NCBI GenBank assembly: GCA_051867875.1
Contig: JBJDZG010000026.1
Coordinates: 42,071-106,070, forward strand
DNA from: Eubacteriales bacterium
GTDB lineage: Bacteria > Bacillota > Clostridia > Oscillospirales > CAG-272
DNA length: 64,000 nt
Direction of reading: 5' to 3'
A model generated the notes under the pieces. It was not told the DNA's origin and searched no databases. It saw only the letters and a program-made list of their open reading frames with translations. Both the position numbers and the translations under genes were made by a program. Shown here in pieces: positions 37,988 to 45,991 of the stretch. The first letter of the stretch is position 1. Each line of letters opens with the position of its first letter.

Positions 37988-38863
37988 TTAAGTATTTTTG
38001 GATTTGATAAGCTCGAAAAGTCTATCGGAAAGCGCGACGAACTCATCAATTCCGAGTCTTTCGCCTCTTATGTCGGGCTTGAAGCCGCAGGCGGTTATAG
38101 CCTCGGTTATCTCGTCCTTTGAAAGCTCGCCAAACGTTGCGGAAAGCGCATTGGGAAGCGTCTTTCTTCTCTGCTCGAATGAGCCCTTAACAGTTCTGAA
38201 AAGCGTCTTTTCGTCCCGTGGTTTATAGGGTTTATCCTCATGGAGTTTTATTCTTACAACCGTAGAATTTACCTTCGGAGCAGGCATAAAATTATCTGCA
38301 CTCACGGTAAAGAGTTTTTCGGCGCAGCCGTAATACGCAAGCACTGCGGTAATAGCTCCGTAATCGGACGAGCCCGCTCTGGCGCAAAGTCGGTCTGCGA
38401 CCTCGGACTGAATCATAATAGTTATATAATCAAACGGAAGTCCGCATTCAAGCAATTTCATCAGAATAGGCGTAGTGATATAGTAAGGAAGATTGGCGCA
38501 GACGGATATGCTTCCCTTTTCAAAATAGGGCTTTAAGAGCTCGCCGAGGTCCGCCTTCATAACATCCTCGTTGATGACGGTAACGTTATTGAACTCACCG
38601 AGCGTATATTTAAGCACGGGAATAAGTCCGCGGTCGATTTCAAGTGCCACGACATTATTATATCTCATAGCAAGCTCGGTCGTAAGCGGGCCTATGCCGG
38701 GACCTATCTCAAGAATGGAAGTGTCCGTACTGTCCGCACAGTTATCGGCTATATCCTCAACTACGGCTCTGTTGATAAGAAAGTTCTGTCCGAATTCCTT
38801 TCTGAATTTCAAATCAAACACCGTCATAATGTGTTTTATTGTTTTTACGTCGCAAAGATTCAT
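37988..38863 (-). CDS. rsmA: 16S rRNA (adenine1518/1519-N6)-dimethyltransferase
   Basis: FGQNFL and EIGPGIG motifs. I use ATG 38863 (MNLCDVKTIK...), which has a GGAGA Shine-Dalgarno sequence. The N-terminal extension from the track start at 38950 is not KsgA-like. Confidence 0.9.
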   Translation of the reverse strand: MNLCDVKTIKHIMTVFDLKFRKEFGQNFLINRAVVEDIADNCADSTDTSILEIGPGIGPLTTELAMRYNNVVALEIDRGLIPVLKYTLGEFNNVTVINEDVMKADLGELLKPYFEKGSISVCANLPYYITTPILMKLLECGLPFDYITIMIQSEVADRLCARAGSSDYGAITAVLAYYGCAEKLFTVSADNFMPAPKVNSTVVRIKLHEDKPYKPRDEKTLFRTVKGSFEQRRKTLPNALSATFGELSKDEITEAITACGFKPDIRGERLGIDEFVALSDRLFELIKSKNT

Positions 38864-38902
38864 TTTTTCTCCATATATTAAATAAATTTTTCGTTCTCCC
38901 AC

Positions 38903-38931
38903 TTGACAAAACATTTTTTTAGTGGTACAAT
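38903..38931 (+). promoter_or_regulatory. sigma-A type promoter for tRNA-Thr
   Basis: TTGACA (38903-38908), 17-nt spacer, TGgTACAAT (TACAAT at 38926-38931). Lies 33 nt upstream of the tRNA. Confidence 0.55.
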
Positions 38932-38963
38932 AACAAAGTCGCATAGACAAAGTCTAACAAATT

Positions 38964-39039
38964 GCTAGTGTAGCACAGTCGGTAGTGCAGCTGATTCGTA
39001 ATCAGCAGGTCGAAAGTTCGAGTCTTTTCACTAGCTCCA
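38964..39039 (+). tRNA. tRNA-Thr (anticodon CGT), CCA encoded
   Basis: Hand-folded cloverleaf. Acceptor stem GCTAGTG/CACTAGC, D stem GCAC/GTGC, anticodon stem GCTGA/TCAGC with loop TTCGTAA, T loop TTCGAGT, then T-CCA. Confidence 0.9.
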
Positions 39040-39042
39040 TGC

Positions 39043-39070
39043 AGCCGTTCCGTTTCGGAACGGCTTTTTT
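39043..39070 (+). terminator. intrinsic terminator after tRNA-Thr
   Basis: AGCCGTTCCG / CGGAACGGCT stem followed by TTTTTT. Confidence 0.8.
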
Positions 39071-39183
39071 GTTTGCTATGGGATAATTATATACTATTTC
39101 TCCCGAAATTTCAAACGGTTTTGTAAATATTTTTAACATTTCTTCATATTATTTTATAAATTGACTGTTTTGGGGGCGATTTT

Positions 39184-40107
39184 TTGGATATTGAGAGAAA
39201 AAGATACTCATTTTGCGAGTATTTTGATTACACGGAATTGCAAAAGGCTCTTGATATACTGCAAAGCAGGTATGATTTTTTGGAAATTGGAAGCATCGGA
39301 AAAAGCATTTTCGGCAGAAACATACCGCGTCTGACGCTTGGAAAAGGAAGAAAAAGCGTAATTTACATAGGTGCTCATCACGGAATGGAGTGGATAACGA
39401 GCGCGCTTCTTATTAAATTCGTTGAAGATATATGCGAGGAGTACGGAAACGGTACTCATATTTTCGACCTATCGACGCGCGTGCTCCTTGAAACGAGGCG
39501 TATTCATATAATTCCCATGCTCAATCCCGACGGCATAGACTACGCTATACACGGAGTGGGAGAAAAAAACATAATGAAGGACAGGGTTTTGAGAATGAAC
39601 GGAGGTTCGCCCGACTTCTCATGCTGGCAGGCAAACGCGCGGGGAGTTGACCTCAATCACAATTACGGTGCGGGCTTTGACGAGTACAAAATAATTGAGC
39701 GAAGGTCGGGACTCTTCATGGGTGCTCCCACTAAATACAGCGGCGACTGTCCCGAAAGCGAGCCTGAAACGAAATCCCTCTGCACCTTCGTCCGATTTGA
39801 AATGCCCGAGCTTGCTCTGACGCTTCACACGCAGGGTGAGGAGCTCTACTACACGAGCGGCGAGCGCTCCGCATCAAACTCTCTGCCCATTGTAAAAACC
39901 GTTTCCCGACTGACGGGATACAAAATCGCCCTTTCCGAAGGAACTGCCAGATACGGCGGTTTTACGGACTGGTTCATTGACGAATTTGACAAACCCTCGA
40001 TAACGCTCGAATGCGGTAAGGGGAAAAATCCGCTTCCCTTTTCGGAGCTTGATTCAGTATACGGAAAACTCAAAAGAGCGCTCTTTACCGCTCCTATTTT
40101 GATTTAA
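39184..40107 (+). CDS. M14 family zinc carboxypeptidase-like peptidase (gamma-D-glutamyl-diamino acid endopeptidase I-like)
   Basis: 307 aa. HHGMEW (HxxE zinc motif), a later His ligand region, and NPDG. The TTG start given by the track is preceded by GGGGG; the start is uncertain. Confidence 0.78.
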   Translation: MDIERKRYSFCEYFDYTELQKALDILQSRYDFLEIGSIGKSIFGRNIPRLTLGKGRKSVIYIGAHHGMEWITSALLIKFVEDICEEYGNGTHIFDLSTRVLLETRRIHIIPMLNPDGIDYAIHGVGEKNIMKDRVLRMNGGSPDFSCWQANARGVDLNHNYGAGFDEYKIIERRSGLFMGAPTKYSGDCPESEPETKSLCTFVRFEMPELALTLHTQGEELYYTSGERSASNSLPIVKTVSRLTGYKIALSEGTARYGGFTDWFIDEFDKPSITLECGKGKNPLPFSELDSVYGKLKRALFTAPILI

Positions 40108-40172
40108 TCACTTGCAAAATTCGGCACAATGTGATAAAATGAAGTAAAAGGACGAAAAGGACGGGCAGGACG

Positions 40173-41255
40173 ATGGAAGAACTACACAAAATACTGCTGA
40201 AAAAGAAGCTGAAAAGTATGAAAACATCTATTATTTACGGTGTTATCGTGCTTTTGGCTTGTGCTGTTCTGTATTTCGTCTTTTTCTATCACGCTCACTC
40301 ATATTCGGAGTGGGAAGTTATCCGCGAGGCGTCGTGCACGCAAGACGGCATTGAAAGAAGCTACTGCTCCTGCGGTGAATACAAGCAAAGAACAATCTGT
40401 AAAACCTCGCACACAGAGGGCGAATGGACTGTGAACGAAGAGCTCTGCGAGCGTCAGCTTCTCTGCTCAACCTGCGGAACGGTACTTAATTCCGAAATCT
40501 ACACCCCTCACACGCACGTCTTTGGCGAGTGGGAAACCGTCACTTTGCCGAAATGCGAAGAGGCAGGACTAAAAAAGCGTTTCTGCGCTTGCGGAGAAAG
40601 CGAAATCGAGATTATTGACGCGCTCGGTCACACAGAGGGCGACTGGGTTCTCGACGGCATTACGAAATCTTATCCGTGCATTCTCTGCGGTACTGTTTTG
40701 CGAGAGGAGAAATTTGAAGCGTCATCGGGGCTTCTCATTGAAAGCGGCGTAGTTCTCGGAATCGGAAACTGTACAGACGATGAAATAGTCATTCCGTCTA
40801 CTTACAACGGAGAGCCCGTTACAAAGATAGCAGACAGAGCTTTTGGATATGAGAAAATAAAAAGCGTTTTTATTCCCGAAAGTGTCAAGGTCATCGGAAA
40901 AGAGGCATTTTACGAATGTACCTCGCTTGAAGAAGTCAGATTTGAGGGCGGTGTTGAAGAAATCGGTTTGCGGGCGTTTTGGAACTGTAAATTGCTTAAA
41001 GAAGTACAACTTCCCAATTCCCTTATCTCGCTTGGCACAAGTGCGTTTGCATATTGCTTAAATCTCGAAACAATTTACATTCCAAAAACGCTCTCCCGCC
41101 TTGAAATGTGGACTTTTAATCAGTGCACGAGTTTTTCTGCCGTGCATTTTGACGGCACGGTACAGGAATGGCAAGCATTGCAAAAGGATTCCGAATGGGA
41201 TTTGGGAACTAATGAATACAAAATTTACTGCACTGACGGCAATATAGAAAAATGA
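40173..41255 (+). CDS. membrane-anchored surface protein: four Cys-rich modules plus BspA-type leucine-rich repeats
   Basis: 360 aa. N-terminal transmembrane anchor, then alternating H..(E/D)W...C...C.CG modules. The C-terminal half carries LRR_5-like repeats (IPESVKVIGKEAFYECTSLEEV, LPNSLISLGTSAFAYCLNLETI). Confidence 0.75.
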   Translation: MEELHKILLKKKLKSMKTSIIYGVIVLLACAVLYFVFFYHAHSYSEWEVIREASCTQDGIERSYCSCGEYKQRTICKTSHTEGEWTVNEELCERQLLCSTCGTVLNSEIYTPHTHVFGEWETVTLPKCEEAGLKKRFCACGESEIEIIDALGHTEGDWVLDGITKSYPCILCGTVLREEKFEASSGLLIESGVVLGIGNCTDDEIVIPSTYNGEPVTKIADRAFGYEKIKSVFIPESVKVIGKEAFYECTSLEEVRFEGGVEEIGLRAFWNCKLLKEVQLPNSLISLGTSAFAYCLNLETIYIPKTLSRLEMWTFNQCTSFSAVHFDGTVQEWQALQKDSEWDLGTNEYKIYCTDGNIEK

Positions 41256-41280
41256 GCGAATAAATTCGCTCATTTTGCTT
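41252..41280. terminator. bidirectional terminator between the LRR gene and secA
   Basis: ATGAGCGAAT-AA-ATTCGCTCAT hairpin followed by TTTGCTTTTT. Confidence 0.65.
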
Positions 41281-41281
41281 T

Positions 41282-44011
41282 TTATTTACCTGCACCGCAG
41301 CAGTGCTTGTATTTCTTTCCGCTGCCGCAGGGACACGGGTCGTTTCTGCCGACCTTATCGCCCTTGACGACGGTTATTTTCTTTTTGGCTATCTCGCCCG
41401 ATGCGGATTCGGTTATTGGGTTTGCTATCTGCACTCTCGCGGTTTCGGGAGCTTTTTTAGTTAAGCAGAGTATCATTCTCGCGGTATTTTCTCTTATATC
41501 GTTTATAAGCTCGTCAAACATATCTGCGCCACGGAAGCGATATTCGTTTACGGGGTCCCTCTGGGCGTAGCTCTGGAGTCCGACACTTCCCTTGAGGTCA
41601 TCCATAGCATCAATGTGGTCCATCCACTTGCGGTCAACGTTACGCAAAAGCACGGCTCGCTCTATCTCACGCATATTCTCCTCGCCGAAGAGCTCTTCTT
41701 TGGATTTATATACCTTCTCGGCGCGCTCTTTGAGTATACTTGCAATTTCGTCAATATTATGCTTTTCTGCAAGCTCTCTTATCTCACGCAGAGGATATTC
41801 CTCTCGAAGCAGGAGTGCAAAATACGGTTCGAGCGAAGCTATATCCACCGTCCTGTCGTTTTCGTTATAGCACTCGTAAACTTTATTCTCAACGGTTGCA
41901 TCTATCATATTCTGAATTTTGTCGGAAATATCAACCCCGTTGAGAACGTCCTGTCTTTGCTTATAAATAATCTCTCTTTGCCTGTTCATTACGTCGTCGT
42001 AAGCCAAAACGTTCTTTCTGCGTTTGAAGTTGATATCTTCAACCTTCTTCTGTGAGGACTCTATAACGCCCGAGAACATTTTGAAATCAAGGCAATCGTC
42101 GTCCTGCATACCGAGGTTATTTGCGACGAGGTGCATTCTCTCACCGCCGAAAAGGCGCATAAGGTCGTCCTCAAGCGAGAGGAAGAAGCACGATTCGCCC
42201 GGGTCGCCCTGACGGCCCGAACGACCTCTGAGCTGGTTGTCGATTCGTCTTGACTCGTGTCTTTCCGAGCCGAGAATGTAAAGACCGCCCGCTTCTCTTA
42301 CCTTTTGCGCTTCGGGCTCTATCTCTTCCTTGAACTTTTTATTGAGTTCGGCAAATGTTCTTCTTGCGTTCATTATCTCCTCGTCGTCAACAACCGCGGA
42401 GCCTGTTGAGAGAGCTATGAGCTCATCGGAAAAGCCCATTTTTCTCATCTGATTTTTTGCCATAAACTCCGAGTTGCCGCCGAGCATGATATCCGTACCG
42501 CGTCCTGCCATATTGGTTGAGATAGTTACTGCACCGTACTTACCTGCCTGAGCAACTATCTCTGCCTCTTTTTCGTGGAGCTTTGCGTTGAGGACGGTGT
42601 GCTTGATGCCCTCTTTATCAAGAAGTCTTGAAAGTGCCTCGGATTTATCAATGGAAACCGTACCGACAAGCACGGGCTGACCTTTTGCGTGGCACACCTT
42701 GACCTGCTCGACTATTGCCTTGTATTTGGCGTTGATGGTCTTATAGAGAACGTCGTTATGGTCAACTCTTATCATGGGCTTATTGGTTGGCACTTCAACT
42801 ACGTCGAGCGCGTATATCTCGCGAAATTCCGCGTCCTCTGTAAGTGCCGTACCCGTCATACCCGAGAGCTTTTTATACATTCTGAAATAATTCTGGAACG
42901 TAATGGTCGCAAGGGTCTGGTTTTCCTTTTCAATCTTGACCTTTTCCTTTGCCTCGATAGCCTGATGAAGACCGTTTGAATATCTTCTGCCGGGCATAAG
43001 ACGTCCCGTAAAGGTATCGACGATGACTACTCCGTTTTCGTTTACTACGTAATCGACGTCACGCTTCATCGTACCGTATGCGCGAATCGCTTGGTTAATA
43101 TGGTGCGCTATCTCATTGTTTTCGGGGTCGCTGAGGTTTTCAATGCCGAAGAATTTTTCAGCCTTGCGCGTACCCTCGGCGGTAATTACGGCATTCTTTG
43201 CCTTTTCGTCAACGATATAGTCCGCATCGACCTCGTCGTTATCCTCCTTATTATCCATTTCCTTAACTACGAGCTTTTTGAACTTGCGGACGAGCGTATC
43301 CGCCTTGGTATAAAGGTCGGTAGAGGGATCGCCTGCGCCCGAAATAATAAGGGGAGTTCTCGCCTCGTCAATAAGAATCGAGTCAACCTCGTCAACTATT
43401 GCAAAGGCGTGTCCGCGCTGTGAAAGATTTGATTTATAGACTACCATATTGTCGCGAAGGTAGTCAAATCCGAACTCATTATTAGTTCCGTAAGTAATAT
43501 CCGCTTTATAAGCTTCCTGCTTTTGCTCGGGAGTCTGCCCGTGGACGACGATACCCGTTTTAAGTCCCATAAAGCCGTAGACTCTGCCCATTTCTTCGCT
43601 GTCACGGCAAGCGAGGTAGTCGTTTACGGTTACTATGTGCACGCCCTCGCCTGTAAGAGCATTAAGGTATGCCGGCATCGTAGCAACGAGGGTTTTACCC
43701 TCGCCCGTTTTCATCTCGGCAATTCTTCCCTGATGAAGAATGATACCGCCTATAATCTGCACGCGGAAGGGGCGTTTGCCGAGCACACGGTCTGCCGCCT
43801 CTCTGACTGCCGCAAAGGCGTCTGGGAGAATGTCGTCGAGGGTTTCTCCCTTGGCAAGCCTGTCCTTGAAAACGGCGGTCATACCCGAAAGCTCGGAATC
43901 CGTCATACTGCCGTATTTATCCGCAAGGGATTCGACCTGACAGACTATTTTATCTATTTTTTTAAGTTCTCTTTCGCTGTAAGTTCCGAAGAGCTTTGTA
44001 AAAAGTCCCAT
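41282..44011 (-). CDS. secA: preprotein translocase ATPase SecA
   Basis: Canonical SecA throughout, with the C-terminal zinc motif CPCGSGKKYKHCCG. I use ATG 44011 (MGLFTKLFG), which has a GGAGGT Shine-Dalgarno sequence. Confidence 0.95.
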   Translation of the reverse strand: MGLFTKLFGTYSERELKKIDKIVCQVESLADKYGSMTDSELSGMTAVFKDRLAKGETLDDILPDAFAAVREAADRVLGKRPFRVQIIGGIILHQGRIAEMKTGEGKTLVATMPAYLNALTGEGVHIVTVNDYLACRDSEEMGRVYGFMGLKTGIVVHGQTPEQKQEAYKADITYGTNNEFGFDYLRDNMVVYKSNLSQRGHAFAIVDEVDSILIDEARTPLIISGAGDPSTDLYTKADTLVRKFKKLVVKEMDNKEDNDEVDADYIVDEKAKNAVITAEGTRKAEKFFGIENLSDPENNEIAHHINQAIRAYGTMKRDVDYVVNENGVVIVDTFTGRLMPGRRYSNGLHQAIEAKEKVKIEKENQTLATITFQNYFRMYKKLSGMTGTALTEDAEFREIYALDVVEVPTNKPMIRVDHNDVLYKTINAKYKAIVEQVKVCHAKGQPVLVGTVSIDKSEALSRLLDKEGIKHTVLNAKLHEKEAEIVAQAGKYGAVTISTNMAGRGTDIMLGGNSEFMAKNQMRKMGFSDELIALSTGSAVVDDEEIMNARRTFAELNKKFKEEIEPEAQKVREAGGLYILGSERHESRRIDNQLRGRSGRQGDPGESCFFLSLEDDLMRLFGGERMHLVANNLGMQDDDCLDFKMFSGVIESSQKKVEDINFKRRKNVLAYDDVMNRQREIIYKQRQDVLNGVDISDKIQNMIDATVENKVYECYNENDRTVDIASLEPYFALLLREEYPLREIRELAEKHNIDEIASILKERAEKVYKSKEELFGEENMREIERAVLLRNVDRKWMDHIDAMDDLKGSVGLQSYAQRDPVNEYRFRGADMFDELINDIRENTARMILCLTKKAPETARVQIANPITESASGEIAKKKITVVKGDKVGRNDPCPCGSGKKYKHCCGAGK

Positions 44012-44162
44012 TTTTACCTCCGAAAAATTAAATATCAGTTTATTATACAACATATTTCAGTCAAATACCATACTTTTTTGTAAATTTTTTATTTTATTAT
44101 TGAAAAAACGTGCAAGATAATATATAATTGTAGTTAAAGTACAAACCGACAAGGACGAAAAG

Positions 44163-44675
44163 ATGACAGACATAAATATTGTTCTTCACGAGCCGGAAAT
44201 TCCGCAAAATACTGGCAATATTGCGCGCACCTGCGCCACGACGGGCGCGGCGCTTCATATAATAAGACCCACCGGCTTTGAGATAACGGACAGAAATCTC
44301 AAGCGCGCGGGACTTGATTACTGGCATTTGCTTGATATCTACTACTACGATAATCTTGAAGATTTCTTTGAGAAAAATCCCGATGCAAATCTATTCTATT
44401 ACACGACGAAAGCACCGAGAAAATATACCGAGGCTGATTTTTCGGGGAAAGTGTTTTTAATGTTCGGCAAGGAGTCAAGAGGACTTCCCGAGGATTTGCT
44501 CGCAAAAAATCCCGACTCTTGCGTACGTATTCCCATGCGCCCGACGCTTCGCTCTCTCAATCTTTCAAACTCGGTAGCGATAGCCGTTTACGAGGTTTTA
44601 AGACAGAGAAATTTTGAGGGAATGCTCGAAGAAGGAACGCCCACGACCTTTTCGTGGGAAGATTACAAAATCTGA
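44163..44675 (+). CDS. trmL: tRNA (cytidine/uridine-34 2'-O)-methyltransferase TrmL-like (SpoU family)
   Basis: 170 aa. NIVLHEPEIPQNTGNIARTC and the SPOUT knot motifs LNLSNSVAIAVYE. Confidence 0.82.
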   Translation: MTDINIVLHEPEIPQNTGNIARTCATTGAALHIIRPTGFEITDRNLKRAGLDYWHLLDIYYYDNLEDFFEKNPDANLFYYTTKAPRKYTEADFSGKVFLMFGKESRGLPEDLLAKNPDSCVRIPMRPTLRSLNLSNSVAIAVYEVLRQRNFEGMLEEGTPTTFSWEDYKI

Positions 44676-44690
44676 ATTAAGGAGATAAAA

Positions 44691-45752
44691 ATGAAGGTAC
44701 TCGTTGCTATGAGCGGCGGTGTTGACAGCGCCGTTGCGGCCTATCTCATTAAGCGGGAGCACGACGCGCTCGGCGTTACGATGCGCTTGCACGATGAGAG
44801 CGACAATTTGATATACGGAGAAAATTCCTGCTGTTCAAGCAAGGATATTCAGGACGCAAAGTCGGTTTGCTCAACGCTCGGCATTGAGCACGAGGTGCAC
44901 GATTTCGGCGCGGAGTTCAAAAACACCGTAATTGCGGACTTCATCGACTGCTACAAATGCGGTGGTACGCCAAACCCGTGCGTTGTATGCAACCGCAAGA
45001 TAAAGTTTGACGGGCTTCTGTCCTTGGCACTCGGGCGCGGCATGGACGCTATTGCCACGGGGCATTACGCGCGAATCGAGAGAGGCGAAAACGGCAGATA
45101 TCTCTTAAAGAAAGCACTTGATATCACGAAGGACCAGAGCTACGTTCTCTACTCTCTTTCGCAGTATCAGCTCGCCCACACTCTCTTTCCTCTCGGCGAG
45201 ATGACAAAGGCTGACGCAAGGGCGCTTGCGGAAGGGTTGGGCTTTTCAAACGCAAGAAAGCACGACAGTCAGGACATTTGTTTTATTCCCGACGGAGATT
45301 ATGCTTCGTTTATTGAGCGTTTCACAGGAGAAAGTTTCAAAAAAGGCAATTTTATTGACACTTCGGGAAATATTCTCGGCACTCACGAGGGTATAATAAA
45401 ATATACCATAGGTCAGCGCAAGGGATTGGGGCTTGCGCTTGGCGAGCCGATGTACGTATGCGCCAAGGATATTGAGAGAAACACCGTTACTCTTGCAAGA
45501 AACGAGGAGCTTTTCGGTAGCGAGCTCACCGCAAAAAATATTAATCTCATCTCCTGCGAGAGCATTGACTCCCCCATGCGCGTTCGTGCGAGAATAAGAT
45601 ACAATCAAAAGGAACAGCCCGCCACCGTAGAGCAGATGGGAAAAGACAGACTGTTCGTAAAATTTGATGAGCCACAAAGGGCGATAACCCGCGGGCAGAG
45701 CGTCGTTCTCTACGACGGAGATACCGTCGTCGGTGGCGGAATAATCGAATAA
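44691..45752 (+). CDS. mnmA: tRNA 2-thiouridine(34) synthase
   Basis: 353 aa. PP-loop VAMSGGVDS, catalytic Cys regions, ATGHYAR. Confidence 0.93.
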   Translation: MKVLVAMSGGVDSAVAAYLIKREHDALGVTMRLHDESDNLIYGENSCCSSKDIQDAKSVCSTLGIEHEVHDFGAEFKNTVIADFIDCYKCGGTPNPCVVCNRKIKFDGLLSLALGRGMDAIATGHYARIERGENGRYLLKKALDITKDQSYVLYSLSQYQLAHTLFPLGEMTKADARALAEGLGFSNARKHDSQDICFIPDGDYASFIERFTGESFKKGNFIDTSGNILGTHEGIIKYTIGQRKGLGLALGEPMYVCAKDIERNTVTLARNEELFGSELTAKNINLISCESIDSPMRVRARIRYNQKEQPATVEQMGKDRLFVKFDEPQRAITRGQSVVLYDGDTVVGGGIIE

Positions 45753-45794
45753 TTAATAATTTTTCTCAATTTTTATTGATTTTAAGATATTTTA

Positions 45795-45823
45795 TTGACA
45801 TTTCAATTCGGATATGGTATAAT
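45795..45823 (+). promoter_or_regulatory. sigma-A type promoter of the riboswitch/P-type ATPase transcript
   Basis: TTGACA (45795-45800), 17-nt spacer, TGgTATAAT (TATAAT at 45818-45823). Confidence 0.7.
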
Positions 45824-45828
45824 CTCTT

Positions 45829-45946
45829 CACTCGAGGGAGTAGTTCGCGTATATCGTGATATGTCAACATTCATGAATTTTTTAATTCTGGCATATCTTA
45901 ATGAACAAGACTCAAGTGTAGAAATACACTTGAGTCTTGTTTCGTT
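45829..45946 (+). ncRNA. probable yybP-ykoY (Mn2+) riboswitch with terminator expression platform
   Basis: GAGGGAGTAG (45834-45843) resembles the conserved GGGGAGUAG loop. CAAGAC (45906-45911) resembles the conserved 3' element. P1 forms between CACTCGAG (45829-45836) and CTCAAGTG (45911-45918) at 7/8 pairs. The P1 3' strand is shared with a 15-bp terminator hairpin (45904-45918 / 45927-45941) followed by TCGTT. This is ON-switch logic. The assignment is by eye only, with no covariance model run. Confidence 0.6.
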
Positions 45947-45991
45947 AATAAACCCCGACAATAATATTTTTGAATACAAAAGGAGAAAAAG

